The notes: generated by a model not told the origin, from the sequence alone. DNA of 63,715 nucleotides, filler included, from Basidiobolus ranarum (GCA_040143965.1; 56 parts of 56 records of this genome joined end to end with filler, not necessarily neighbours in it); one strand, 5' to 3'. Positions 24,266-37,707 are shown, numbered from the whole stretch's first letter. Numbers and translations are program-made.

Positions 24266-25069
24266 ATGAGCCCCAAGCTTGCACTCTCTGTGATATCTAC
24301 TTCTCAAATTTATGGAACTCTTCCCTCTTCTAAAAAATTGGATGGAACTAATTGTCAAGTTTGGAAAATTAAAATGAAAATGCTGCTGCTAGAAAAAGGA
24401 CTTTGGGACACTGTTATAGGGGAAGAAAGCAATGCAAAACAATCTGAAACCAAAATTTCCCTCCAAGTTAAAAAAGTACAAAGTGCCTTTAACACAATTT
24501 GTCTTAATATTAAAGACAAATTGCTAATACAATGTTTGAGAACTAAAATTGCCAAGAAGGTATGGAAAGCCTTGGAGGACACCTACCAAACAAGTTCTGC
24601 TGCCAACAAGATGTTTCTAAGAAGACAATTCTTTAACTTAAAGATAAAGGCAGGAGAAGACATTAAATCACTAATTAATAGAGTCACTATTTTGGTGGAT
24701 GAAATGGAATGCATTGGAGTACCTACCACTGATCAAGATATCATAGTTACAGTCCTGAATAGCCTGCCACACAAGTTTCAGAGCCTAGTAATGGCTCTAG
24801 AATCAAGAACTGAAAATTTGACCTTAAATTATGTATTTGGCAGACTTCTGGATGAAGATTTACACAAATCAGGACTCAACCAAAAGAATGAGGAAAATGC
24901 TTTAATAGGCTATGGGAAACCTTCCTATAAAGGTCAAAAGCACTTTAAGAAGAAAAGTAACACATTCTGTGATTACTGTAAAAGAACTGGCCATTTAAGC
25001 AAAGATTGCTTTAAAAGAATTGCAAAAGAAGAAAAACATACTGAATCTGGAAATGTGGTTACAACAGAA
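24266..25069 (+). CDS. Copia family A gag (open 268 aa to contig end) with CCHC knuckle; preceded by LTR 24029-24261 and PBS 24262-24273
   Basis: KLDGTNCQVWKIKMKMLLLEKGLW...VLNSLP...CDYCKRTGHLSKDC. Confidence 0.9.
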
Positions 25070-26310
25070 NNNNNNNNNNNNNNNNNNNNNNNNNNNNNNN
25101 NNNNNNNNNNNNNTTAATTAATTAANNNNNNNNNNNNNNNNNNNNNNNNNNNNNNNNNNNNNNNNNNNNGTGAGTTGATGCCGTAAGAATATATTAACAA
25201 TATCCACAAACAACTCGCAATGTTGCCAATACTTATCAGGCCATACTGTGTCAGTTACCCAAAATTTTAATTTGGCAATACTAAATTGGGTAACTTGGTA
25301 TGGGCTAGCACAATTTCTCCAATAAAATCATCGTGCCCAATTGTGGTGGGATAGTGCCATATTGTTCCTTACAATGTCCAATCAAGTGTTATAGGACCCA
25401 GCCATGGTAATTGACAGATCATGCCAGATGGTGTACTAACAGGCTGGATTGAGCGGCACAATCTGACCTGGTCCAATGGAACAAGTCTATTTATTGACAG
25501 CAAGTTGGGAATATTTTGGCTGAATCATTCATGAAAAGTTGCAAAAATCCAAGAGTTTTTTATCATTGTGAACACTAACAACAATCAGCTATTTGTCAAG
25601 TTTCAGTGCTATTCAAAATTTCAGATGTTTAGTAATTTTTCCACCATTAGTGTGCTGGTAAAGCATATTGATGTTGCTGAGTTATATCTGATCCGTCAAG
25701 TACGTGCATAGGTAAAGACTAAACATAACAAGATTCTTTGATCTTTTGATTCTCATTATGGCTGGAATACAAAGCCTAAAATATCCAATTAAAGGTAGGT
25801 ATATTAATTTGAATTCATACAGCAGTAAACCCAGGTATTTGCCATTTCTAAATTATGTTTTTGCAAAGATTGACTGAAATTAAATAATGCATGCCAAATA
25901 TGAATATCAATATTTTAACATGTATGAATACCATCAAAATACCATCAAGAAACCACCACCACACCTACAAAATCCCTGGTAGAATGCAAGCAACCAATAT
26001 TGTGATGGCTTTCTGATGGTATTGCAATCCAGAAAGGTGGATCCAATTGAGATCAAACTAATTTTATTTTTATGAGGGAGTTTGGGGCTAACAGAAAAGA
26101 AATATGTAGCATGTTGTAGTTCTCCTGTCTTCAAAGTTTCTCCCCCAATTTGCATCTGAATATCTCATCAGATCAAAGTTTGATCCAGAATTTGTGTATT
26201 CAAAGCACAGNNNNNNNNNNNNNNNNNNNNNNNNNNNNNNNNNNNNNNNNNNNNTTAATTAATTAANNNNNNNNNNNNNNNNNNNNNNNNNNNNNNNNNN
26301 NNNNNNNNNN

Positions 26311-27235
26311 TGAGCTGTGCAGGCATAGGCCCAATTTTGGGACTCATTGATATAGTAATCAGGGCTATTTCTGATCCAATTTGATCTCCTGGTTTGGGAT
26401 AAAGGTACTACAACTTCTGGCATTGTATTGGGCACTTCAGTAGGCAAAAGTTTGGTTGAAGATTTCCCAGGAATGCTATTTTCTTCATTGTTTTGGTTTA
26501 AATCAATTTGGTTGATTGAATCAGGAGAAAATTGTTTCTTGTCATCATCTGAAATCATTTTGGGTGAAAATTTTTCATTTTCATTAAATAAAACATCCCT
26601 GGACTTTATTAACTTGGAAATTTTGGTATCAAAGAGTCTGTAGGTCTTAGTTTGAGTACAATAACCCAAAAATATGCATTTCTTACTTTTTGGATCAAAT
26701 TTAGACTGATTTTTGGTCATAATTTTGACATAAGCAATGCATCCAAAGATTGTCAAATGTTTTACATCTGGTTTAACTCCAAACCAAGCTTGATATGGTG
26801 TAGAGTTAGACAGACTACTAGTAAAACTCCTATTCTTCAGATATACAGCTGTAGTGACAGATTCCACCCAAAAGTTATGAGATAAATTTTGTGCATTTAT
26901 CATAGATCTTGCCATTTCTATTATAGTCCTGTTAGCTCTTTCAGTAACTCCATTTTGTTGAGGTGAATACGGGGCAGTAGTTTCTTGCTTAATTCCATGA
27001 ACTTTGTAAAAGTGCTTAAGTAGTGTTGAAGTACATTCTCCATCATTATCAGTATATACTTTCTTGATTTTAGTTCCAGTTTCAGGCTCCACAAGTGTTT
27101 TAAAAACTCTAAAGATAGAGAGAGCTTCTTCTTTTCTTTCCATAAAGTAGACCCAAGTGTATCTTGTATTATCATCAATAAATGTGATTAAATATCTTTT
27201 TCCCCCTATAGTTAAATTTTGCATAGGTCCTCACA
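26311..27235 (-). CDS. Copia integrase core (open about 300 aa)
   Basis: YLITFIDD, TDND/GGE, PYSPQQNGVTERANRTIIE, FGCIAY and KCIFLGY. Confidence 0.92.
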
Positions 27236-27451
27236 TGTCATGATTTTGATCTTGGCATACTGCTCCACTGCAAATAGAACTCCTCTATTATTAGATTATG
27301 ACATCATATCTGCTGTGCCATCCCTTCTTGGCAATCTGGTGTCAGTTCATCNNNNNNNNNNNNNNNNNNNNNNNNNNNNNNNNNNNNNNNNNNNNTTAAT
27401 TAATTAANNNNNNNNNNNNNNNNNNNNNNNNNNNNNNNNNNNNNNNNNNNN

Positions 27452-27988
27452 CTGGTGGTCCCTTTAGCGCTATTTCTTCTCCTTTAACAAATCCCTAAAT
27501 GTCCTTGTCTTCTAGCACCATTTGCAGCTTGAAATTCCAAAGGTAAAGGTCTTCACCATCAAACTTCTCTGTGGATGCAAAAATGCTGGTAATAGTACTG
27601 GTAGACATTCCTTTAACAGCTAACTTGGGGCTCATAACTTGATAAAAGTGTTTACAGGATTCGGAAGTTTTTTGGAAAAGATTTGGATTGGTGAATTAGA
27701 CACTTACATTTTATTGAATTAAATATGTCACATTATTGTTTACTATGAAATAGGACTATTAGACATGCTTAGATCATAACAAACATGCCTGTTAAGCATG
27801 GGTGAAAATTTGAGATGATTTGGAGAAGATTTGAGAAAATAGTGAAAATGGGTAAAAGTGGTCTAATTGATATTTCTAAAATTAGACCTATAAACACAGG
27901 TTTTGAATGACAGAATTTAGTGCTAAATAACCAGAATATGAATAAACTAACTGCTAAGTAATGAGTTGCTATTTATGTAATTTCAACA
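27452..27988 (-). mobile_element. Copia family C LTR (27640-27988), PBS and gag start
   Basis: Minus strand reads TGTTGAAATTAC...TTATCA, then AGTTATGAGCCC, then EKFDGEDLYLWNFKLQMVLEDK. Confidence 0.75.
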
Positions 27989-28592
27989 GTCACAGAAACT
28001 GTGCAAAGATATTGTTATTTGATATGAAAAACTTTATTACAGGGTTAATGAGGATAGACTGAATCTATGCCAGTATTCAATATATTGACAGTTGCATCTT
28101 TCTCAATGCGTAGAGATTACAGGCCCTTGCTATACATTCTGGGAGTTTGCCATGCCCTAAGAAAAATAAAATCAAATTGATCGGATTGGATACACCCTTA
28201 TAAATTGCAAAACCTTCAGAGAACCATCACAATATTGGTGGCCTGCATTCTGACAGGGCCTTTGATGGTGTGATGGTAGTTTCTTGATGGTATTTTGATG
28301 GTATTGGTACATGTCAAAATATTGATCCTCATCTCTGGCATTTGTTATTAATTTCTAAAATTTTTGAATGGCAAATTACTGGGTTTACAGCTGTTAGTAT
28401 TTATATAGTATGCATGCCTTTATTTAGATAGTTTTGGCTTTATATTCCAGCCATAATGAGAATCCAAAAATACAAGAATATCATTGTGTTTGNNNNNNNN
28501 NNNNNNNNNNNNNNNNNNNNNNNNNNNNNNNNNNNNTTAATTAATTAANNNNNNNNNNNNNNNNNNNNNNNNNNNNNNNNNNNNNNNNNNNN

Positions 28593-29320
28593 GATCAGTC
28601 AATTTGAATTTGGCAGATAAGCTGGATTTGGTTTTCTCCAGAGTCTTCTAGTCATTGGTTGCTATCATAAGGTCATTTATATATAAGGCTATTTAAACTG
28701 GGTTTGTCCTATCTGGCATGAATTGGATACCATAGTCAGCATTACTCTTTTGGAATTTGAGTGTTTCCAAAAAAGCATATATATTGTTATTCCATGCTCT
28801 TGGAGATTGTTCTAAGTCATAGAGTGTTTTCCAGAGTCTGCAAGCTTTTTAGGGTTTTCTAATTCACTAATCTCTCTGGCTGCTTCATATAGATCTTCTT
28901 AGTAGGCTAACCATTCAAAAAAACAGTTTTAACATCCATTTGATGTATAACAAACTGATATGTAGCTGAAATTGCTAAAATCAATCTAATTGAGTTAAAC
29001 TCTGTGATAGGAGCAAAAGTTTCTGTATACTCAATTCCTGCTGTTTGGGAATAGCCTTTGGCTACTTGTCTAGTATTGTACCTGTCTATATTGCCATCAG
29101 AGTTGTATTTAACTTTGAACACCCATTGGCAGCCAATTGCTTTTCCATCATCAGGTAAGTTGGTTAAAATCCAAATTTGAGTATCAATCAAAGCATGGCA
29201 CTCATCAACCATTGCAGATCTCCAAAATCTGTGTGAGGGCCATTCAGGGCCTTTTTTACAGTCTGGGTTCATGTATTTGAGCTGTGCAGACATAGGTCCA
29301 ATTTTAGGACCTATTGATAT
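28593..29320 (-). pseudogene. Copia reverse transcriptase fragment
   Basis: KAIGCQWVFKVK, VAKGYSQ, ETFAP, HQMDVKTVFLNG. Confidence 0.9.
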
Positions 29321-29321
29321 A

Positions 29322-29632
29322 CCCTAACAAAAATAAAATTGATTTGATCCGGATCGGATCCACCCTCCAAAATAGCAAAACCGTCAGAGAACCGTCACAA
29401 TATTGTTGGCTTGCATTCTGCCAGGGATTTTGATGATGTGACGGCGGTTTCTTGACAGTATCTTGGCAGTATTCATACATGTTAAAATATTGATCCTCAA
29501 ATTTGGCATGCGTTATTCAAAATCCAGCAATTTTAGCAAAAATATAATTTTTGAATGGCAAATTACTGGGTTTACTGCTGTAGGAATTCGAATTAATATG
29601 CATGCCTTTATTTAGATATTTTAGGCTTTGTA
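29322..29632 (-). mobile_element. CACTA-like transposase-side terminus (CCCTAACAAAAAT), CpG-rich young copy
   Basis: Same terminus at 36842 and 39008 (reverse). Shares CCCTAACA-AAAT with the opposite end, forming a short TIR. Confidence 0.8.
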
Positions 29633-29732
29633 NNNNNNNNNNNNNNNNNNNNNNNNNNNNNNNNNNNNNNNNNNNNTTAATTAATTAANNNNNNNNNNNN
29701 NNNNNNNNNNNNNNNNNNNNNNNNNNNNNNNN

Positions 29733-30772
29733 GGCTTGCCGAGCGTTTTCAAGAGTAAAGAAAGTAATGGAAGCCCCAGTCGCACCCCCACGACCAGTAC
29801 GACCGATACGATGCACGTAATCCTAAGATAAAATAAGAATATTAAACCACCGTAGAAATTCCAACCAAAATTCAATCCATATATCGAAAGTTTACCTCCA
29901 CGTTATTCGGGAAGTCATAATTGATGACAAATTTAACATCTTTCACGTCTTTGGCAATAAATAAGAGAGTTAAATTCAAAAATAGGTGGGTTAATTATTT
30001 CAATCTTTGAAAAGTTAACTCCAACTTTCGCTTCACTAAATTAACTCCCGGTGATTCTTTTCCTTAAATAGTATTCTCACTGATTTTTAAAAGCAGTCAT
30101 TATGGCAGCCCTAGCAACTCACATCATTTTCAAACACTCCATCTCACAAAATCTTCCCCTTCATCTGAATGCTAGCAGATACACTGGACGTTAGTGAGCA
30201 TGTCACTTTTACACAGTAATTGCGGGATTCAGACTGAGTGATTTAGAGAGGATATCTAGTGAGAATGGTGTGCAACGTAGATAACAACAAATGAAGAAAT
30301 CTCCTCGTGTTTCTGTTTTGTTCCATTGCAAACCATTATCACTGCATGTGACCAACTGAAATTAAGTCCAATCTGAGTGTCTTGTATAACTTCATTCACT
30401 AACGAAATAAAGAGATACCAGAATGAAATTTCAGCTGCAAATGTGTTGCCAAAGCTACCTAGAAGAAAAGAAAACGAAAGGGAGCCACACAGAACTGTGA
30501 CTGGTATTTATGTAGAACACAGCTCTCGAATAGAAAGGAAGAGATGAAAACAATGCTAATAAAATCAACTTACCAATACCACGTGAAGCAACATCTGTGG
30601 CGACCATGACTGGCGATTTACCGGTACGAAATTCATTTAGCACCCAATCACGCTCGGCTTGGGCTTTATCCCCATGGATGGCGAGAGCTGGCCAGCCATC
30701 TTGACGGAGAAATCTGGTGATATCATCAGCAGTGCGTTTAGTAGCTGTGAAAATAAGGGTCTTGTTGTCGTT
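29733..30772 (-). CDS. DBP2: DEAD-box RNA helicase Dbp2/p68, partial; exons 30574-30772, 29896-29948, 29733-29822
   Basis: Spliced translation: [97 protein letters not shown]. Introns are GTAAGT...AG and GTAAAC...AG and keep the frame. Confidence 0.95.
29949..30573 (-). other. 625-nt DBP2 intron at the conserved motif-V position
   Basis: GTAAGT donor directly after SRGI-G and AAG acceptor before (G)AC-GTG. The neighbouring intron is only 73 nt. Confidence 0.9.
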
Positions 30773-30872
30773 NNNNNNNNNNNNNNNNNNNNNNNNNNNN
30801 NNNNNNNNNNNNNNNNTTAATTAATTAANNNNNNNNNNNNNNNNNNNNNNNNNNNNNNNNNNNNNNNNNNNN

Positions 30873-31912
30873 TTACTCTGAAGGTTCTTGACTTATTTCA
30901 TGTGGCTTATCCTGGGTTTTTGCAAGCAAATGGCAATTGGGCTAGTATAGGCCTATTCATGAAACATCTCAAAAATGTACGCAATTATTGACTTGGAAAA
31001 GAAAGAAAAGCAGCTAAAGAAGTACTGAAGGAGCAGGAAGTTAGCAAACCCAAGGGAAAAGCAAAGGAGCCAGTGAGTTTAGGCTCTACTGTCCCACTTA
31101 CCAAATTCTTCACATCATTATGAAGATCTGCATTTCCAGAGTCAGTTATAGTGGCAAAAAAGCTTAATTTCACCATGGAACCGGGTACACCGGTTGGAAC
31201 AGTGCTAAATTCGGAAGTTTATCCAGCACCTGGCACCTCTCAACAAGCCAAAACACCAGCAAATAAAACTCATGGCTCTCCAACCTCAACTGGTACTTTT
31301 CAAAGTGTTGAAATTAGTCCCAAAGGTAAAGGCAAGCAAAAAGCCGCACAAACACCACAAAGCACCCTCAGTAGTGTCACACTACAAGGATGTACAAAAA
31401 TAGTCAAAGTGCTTGAGGAGTATTTTCAAAAGTATGAAGGGAAAAATGCAGTGCAAGTATGCAGAAAGTGGCTTCAGAAGAACATTCAACTTGACATTCA
31501 GTCTGGTGTTGACAGTGCAGTTATCTGGGAAGAACTTAATGCAGAGTGGAACAATATCGCAGGGTATCTGCCAGATAGCTGGAAGAATGTTGATTCAGCA
31601 ATGTTAATACAAAGGTGGGCATTGAAGGAGATATTGACTCAAACTTGTGTTGGGTATGAGCTAAACCTTGGGTATGAAGAACTCTATAAAAATATTCAGG
31701 AGAATATATCAAAAAGACTAGGGATTTTGAAGTTGACAAATTAGCGTTCAAGTGGTAATTGTGTAAAATTTGAGTTACGTTTTTTGCACATGTGTTAATC
31801 AATAGTTCTCTGAGATTTTAGCCAATCATTTGCAACTATTTTGCAAGATCTTGAAATTTCACTCCTGAAACTGAAAAAATTGATTAAAATCAAATCTAAC
31901 TTGACGATTTTA
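30873..31912 (+). mobile_element. CACTA-like ORF2 C-terminal half (ORF 31151-31744), unknown function
   Basis: 197-aa open stretch; homologous segments recur in many contigs next to the CCCTAACAGAAAT end. Confidence 0.78.
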
Positions 31913-32012
31913 NNNNNNNNNNNNNNNNNNNNNNNNNNNNNNNNNNNNNNNNNNNNTTAATTAATTAANNNNNNNNNNNNNNNNNNNNNNNNNNNNNNNN
32001 NNNNNNNNNNNN

Positions 32013-33051
32013 AATGGAGCAAATATCTTGGAGTAGTTCTTGACAAACCATTGGTAAAAGTTTGCAAATCCAAGGAAAGATTGGACATCCTTCACATTCT
32101 TGGGAATATCCCAAAACGGAACAGATTCAACCTTGTTAGGGTCCATGGAGATGCCTGATGGGCTGATGTTATATCCAAGGAATTCAACTTGAGCTCGATC
32201 AAATTCACATTTCACAAGTTTAGCATAGAGCCCAGAGGTTTTCAACTTTTCTAGGACTTGGGAAACAGGAATATTATGTTCTGCTTCAGAGCTTGAGAAG
32301 ACCAAGATGCTGTCAAGGTAGATTACCACAAATGGGTTAAGATACTCTCTGAAGATATCATTCATCATGTGTTGAAAGACTGCAGGGCATTGGTAAGTCC
32401 AAATGGCATGACATTGTATTCAAAGTGTCCATAGCATGTTTGAAAGGGAGTTTTCCATTGGGCTCCTGGTTTGATTTTTACAAGATTGTAAGCACCTCTT
32501 AGATCAATCTTTGTAAATGCCTTGGCTGAAGCAGGCTGATCCAAGAGTGAGTTGATTAATGGCAAGGGGTACCAATTTTTGACTGTAATGCTATTTAGGC
32601 TTTGATAAGCAACACAGAGCCAGAGGGATCCATTCTTTTTCTTAACAAATAAGATTGGCAAGCCTGCTGGGGACATTCAATGTTGGATAAATCCTTTCTC
32701 CAGATTTTCTGCAATATACTCTTTCAGAATGTTGAGTTCTGGCTGGGTCAGCTCATATATGGGCCAAAATGGTGGTTGTTTTCCTTCTTGTAGATCTATA
32801 TGGCAATCATATGAGCAGAGAGCTGGGAGTATATCAGATTTCCTCTTGTCAAAGACATCAGCAATGGCTTGGTATTTGGGTGGGAGCTTATGAACCATAG
32901 GTTTTGTTGGTTTCAGCTCTTCAGCAATACTATCAACAGATATTGGCTTTATAGATGTTTTTAGGAGTTGGGCTGGTGATGAGTTGGATACTTTGCAGGT
33001 TGGCAAATATGGACTAGGAGGTGGAGTTTGCTTGAATGTCATAATCTTCTT
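32013..33051 (-). pseudogene. Gypsy reverse transcriptase fragment
   Basis: [30 protein letters not shown] and SFLGFANFY. Confidence 0.92.
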
Positions 33052-33151
33052 NNNNNNNNNNNNNNNNNNNNNNNNNNNNNNNNNNNNNNNNNNNNTTAAT
33101 TAATTAANNNNNNNNNNNNNNNNNNNNNNNNNNNNNNNNNNNNNNNNNNNN

Positions 33152-33991
33152 AGTACTTTGGTATTGGATCAATGATCTATATTTGGGTGATTTCATCAAA
33201 ACTTTAAGATGGGGAATCAACGGTATGTAAGCCAAATATGAACAATATTTACCTGATTCAGTGATTGCCAATTGTGTGCAAACAGTACATGACTTCAGGT
33301 TTTTCAGATCACTGGTGAAAGCCAAACAACCATTTGGACATGAAGGCAGTTTAATTACTGAAGGATTATAAGTCATACAATTGACAAGTGTTTTCCACTT
33401 GTACCAGGTCTGTGGCAAGCAACAGTTGCCAATCAACTGTGGTAAAAGTGTAAGAAAACCAATAAACACCTGGTTGCTAAGATTGGATTGAACTCTCCAC
33501 TCCTCAATAATCAAAGCTGCTTCCTTTACAGTAAGTGTTATGAGTGGACTAATGTTTGCCAATAACAAAGAGTCTGTAACAAAACCATTGTCTTCTTCTT
33601 CAACTTCTGATATACTACCATTAGTACTGGAATAACCAAGGTCAACATCTAGCAGCAAGTCCTCAAAGTTGTCTGGACTTACTGGTTTGACCAAAGTTGC
33701 ATTTTGACCTACATCATTCTGGTCATATAATTGTGGTAACTCCACAGTATCTTGACTTTTGGCAGTGTTACCAAAACTTTGAGGCAAACTACAGTCAGTG
33801 AACTCAATAGGCAAAACTAGAGTTGATTTAGTGCACTTATTACTGTTGTTATACACCAGGCTCTGTGCAGCTGGTGGCTTTATACAGTGACCATGCTTGT
33901 TATTGTTTTTTCTATGAAGCCTCCGGCTTTCATAGCACCAGAATTTGCGACAATAACAGCAGGGCTTCTTTAAATGTTTGTGTTGTAGCAT
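33152..33991 (-). CDS. CACTA-like transposase N-terminal region (open about 280 aa)
   Basis: CCYC...H N-terminus, LPQTWY and CPNGC...CTVC...YIPLIPHLK, which precede the Tnp2 core. Confidence 0.8.
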
Positions 33992-34476
33992 GAGAAGGAT
34001 ATTGTAGAAAAAAGAACACCTCCCACTTAAGGATGGTATTTTAGGTATAGCCCATCAATATCATCAGCTGATTCTGAGACAGTGTCACAGATGAGGCAAC
34101 AGTGGATTTTCAAGATATTTCCGGTAATAGATGGCAATTTTGGTTTATTATAAGCTGTTTCTAAGCAATTCCATTACACCAAGTTTACCANNNNNNNNNN
34201 NNNNNNNNNNNNNNNNNNNNNNNNNNNNNNNNNNTTAATTAATTAANNNNNNNNNNNNNNNNNNNNNNNNNNNNNNNNNNNNNNNNNNNNGTGGGATGAC
34301 ATGATTGGTTAGGTTTCATGGAATGTTCCGAAGAACATGACTTCCATATAAGGTAATATGGATGAACTGACACCAGATTGCCAAGAAGGTATGGCACAGT
34401 AGATATGATGTCATAATCTAATAATAGAAGAGTTCCATATGCAGTGGATCAGTATGCCGAGATCAGAATCATGACA

Positions 34477-35329
34477 TAAGTATCCTGTTGCACATCTCCT
34501 GTCTTCAATATCTCTTCCCCAATTTGCATCTGAATATCCCATCAGATCAAAGTTTGATCCAGAATATGTGTATTTTAAGCATAGATTCACAGTACCTTTC
34601 AAATATCTGAAAATCCACTTAACTGCTATGATTTGATCAGATCCATAATTTTGAAGATGTTGGCACATAACTCCCACAGAATATGCAATATCTGGCCATG
34701 TTCCAACCATGATATACATCAAACTACCAACCATAGATTGATAAGGAAATATCTGGCTTTCATTTGAATCCAAGAACGTCTGATTTGAGCCATTTTTGGT
34801 CAAGTTAAGATTTGTCTCCATTGGGGTAGATATTGGATTACATTCTTCCATTTTTAACTTCTTTAATATTTCTAGGATATACTTAGACTGGTTTAAAGTT
34901 ATTGTTTTGGTAGTTCTATCTATCTTAATTGGGACTCCAAGGTAGTACGTCAGTTCACCTAGATCAGTCATTTTGACTTTGCAGATAAGCTGGATTTGGT
35001 TTTCTCCAAAGTCTTCAAGTCATGGGTTGCTAAAATATGGTCATCTACATATAAGGCTAATAAAACTGGGCTTGTCTTATCTGGCCAGAAGTAGATACCA
35101 TAGTCAGCATTACTCTTTTGGAATTTGAGTGTTTCTAAAAAAGCATCTATCATGCTATTCCAAGCTCTTGGAGCTTATTTTAAGCCATAGAGTGTTTTCT
35201 GGAGTCTGCAAACTTTTTTAGGGTTTTCTGGGTCCACAAATCCATCTGGCTGGTCCATATACTTCTCCTCAGCAAGGTCAACATTCAAAAAGGCAGTTTT
35301 AACATCCATTTGAGGTATAATAAACTGAT
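34477..35329 (-). pseudogene. Copia RT / RNase H fragment interrupted by gypsy LTR (34291-34476)
   Basis: LYVDD, DLGELTYYLG, YQSMVGSLMY and GYSDANWG. Confidence 0.9.
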
Positions 35330-35429
35330 NNNNNNNNNNNNNNNNNNNNNNNNNNNNNNNNNNNNNNNNNNNNTTAATTAATTAANNNNNNNNNNNNNNN
35401 NNNNNNNNNNNNNNNNNNNNNNNNNNNNN

Positions 35430-36360
35430 TTCTATATTGCATCAGAGTTGTATTCAACTTTAAACACCCATTGGCAGCCAATTGACTTTCTGTTGTCAGG
35501 TAAGTTGGTTAAAATCCAAGTTTGATTATCAATCAAAGTCCGGGACTTATCAGCCATTGCAGATCTCCAAAATCTTTTGTGTGGCTATTCAGGGCCTTAT
35601 TTACAGTCTGGGGTCCATATACTTGAGCTGTGCGGGCATAAGCCCAATTTTGGGACTCATTGATATAGTAATCAGGGCTATTTTGGATCCAATTTGATCT
35701 CCTAGTTTGGGCTAAAGATACTACAACTTCTGGCATTGTATTGGGCACTTCAGTAGGCAAAATATTGGTTGAAGGGTCCACAGGAATGCTATTTTCTTCA
35801 TTGTTTTGGTTTGAATCCACTTGAATGATTGGATCAGGAGAAAATTGATTTTCATCATTGTTGGAAGTCTTTTGGTTGAGAATTTTTCTTTTTCATTAAG
35901 CATAACATCCCTGGACTTGATTAACTTGGAAATTTTGGTATCATAGAGTCTGTAGGCCTTAGTTTGAGTACAATAACCCAGAAATATGCATATTGTACTT
36001 GATGGATCAAATTTAGACCAATTTTTGGTCATAATTTTGACATAAGCAATGCATTCACAGATCCTCAAGTGTTTTACATCAGGTTTGACTCCAAACTAAG
36101 CTTGATACTGTGTAGAGTTTGACAGACTTCTGGTAAAACTCCTATTCTTCAGATATGCAGCTGTAGCAACAGATTCCACCCAAAAGTTATGAGATAACTT
36201 TGTGCATTTATCATAGATATTGCCATTTCTATTAGAGTCCTGTTAGCTCTTTCAGTAACTCCATTTTGTTGAGGCATATAGGGGGTGGTAGTTTCTTGCT
36301 TAATTTGGTGAACTTGGCAAAAGTGCTTAAATAATGTTGAATTATATTCACCACCATTAA
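35430..36360 (-). pseudogene. Copia integrase to RT linker fragment
   Basis: Homologous to 26311-27050; CIFLGYCTQTKAYRLYD and SRDV. Confidence 0.85.
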
Positions 36361-36568
36361 TTGTTTTCTTTACCTGTATAACCTGTAAATGATTATAATT
36401 ATGGCATGAAGGCTTACTATGATACTATACACTATACATCATTGGTGATTCCTCCATTTTGTCCCCAANNNNNNNNNNNNNNNNNNNNNNNNNNNNNNNN
36501 NNNNNNNNNNNNTTAATTAATTAANNNNNNNNNNNNNNNNNNNNNNNNNNNNNNNNNNNNNNNNNNNN

Positions 36569-37382
36569 TAATTCAAATTCCTACAGCAGTAAACCCAGTA
36601 ATTTGCCATTTGAAAATTATATTTTTGCAAAAATTGCTGGATATTGAATAATGCATGCCAAATTTGAGGATCAATATTTCAACATGTATGAATACTGTCA
36701 AAATACCATCAAGAAACTGCCATCACATCATCAAAATCCCTGGCAGAATGCAAGCCAACAATATTGTGATGGTTCTCTCACAGTTTTGCTATTTTGGAGG
36801 GTGGATCCAATCCAGATCAAATCAATTTTATTTTTGTTAGGGCATAGTGAAGCAGCCATATCTTGGAATTGCAAGAAATAACCCACAGTAGCACTTTCAA
36901 CAACTGAAGCAGAGTACATGGTAGCATCATATACAACAAAGGAGGCTCTGTGGCCAAGGAAAATGTCCAAAGACTTGGCATTTCTCAAAGCTCTTGTAAC
37001 ATAATTTTCAAGAATCATCAAATTTGTATTTCTTGAGCTAAGAATCCCAAATTTCATGACAGAAGTAAGTACATTGATATTCAACATCACTTTATTAAGG
37101 AAGCTGTTGAGAGTAAGCACATCCAACTAGAGTACTTTCTGACTGAGGACATGATTGCTGACATCCTTACCAAGCCATTACCCAAGCCAAAATTTCAAGA
37201 ATTAAGATTTAAGATAAGATGAAGATATATGAATATTTAGTTGAGTGGGAGTGTTGAAGTTTATTGCCTTTATCATATTTGTTATCTCTATCTTTATACA
37301 CCTAACTATTTCATATATCACATATTACTCAGTTAACATTACTTAGTCAAATATCACTTAGTGGAAAACTGGAACATATATT
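36569..37382 (+). mobile_element. CACTA-like end (to 36842), then copia RNase H, PPT and family B LTR (from 37252)
   Basis: VALSTTEAEY, SKYIDIQHHFIKE, DMIADILTKPL and GAGTGGGAG-TGTTG. Confidence 0.82.
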
Positions 37383-37707
37383 GCCATATTGTCTCTGACA
37401 ATGTTCAATCATGCACAGGAGGTCTTTGATCAGATAACTGGTGAGTTGCATCAGATAGTGTATTAGCAGGCTGGATCAAGCAGCACAATCCAACCTGCTT
37501 CAATGGAACAAGTCTGACATTCCTCTCTTGTCCTACTAAACTATTGCTGTTGAAAGTCTGGTGACTTGTGCTACAAGCAGTAAGTCCCAAAGAGGAAAAT
37601 TTGGAGTNNNNNNNNNNNNNNNNNNNNNNNNNNNNNNNNNNNNNNNNNNNNTTAATTAATTAANNNNNNNNNNNNNNNNNNNNNNNNNNNNNNNNNNNNN
37701 NNNNNNN

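Noticed and set aside
30228-30342. Box C/D snoRNA in the DBP2 intron (GTGATAA...CTGA on minus)
   Set aside because: Box C is imperfect and I cannot identify a terminal stem or an rRNA guide by eye. Needs snoscan or Infernal.
30455-30573. Hydrophobic C-terminal tail of the ORF 30455-30643
   Set aside because: Read-through into the DBP2 intron after the GTAAGT donor.
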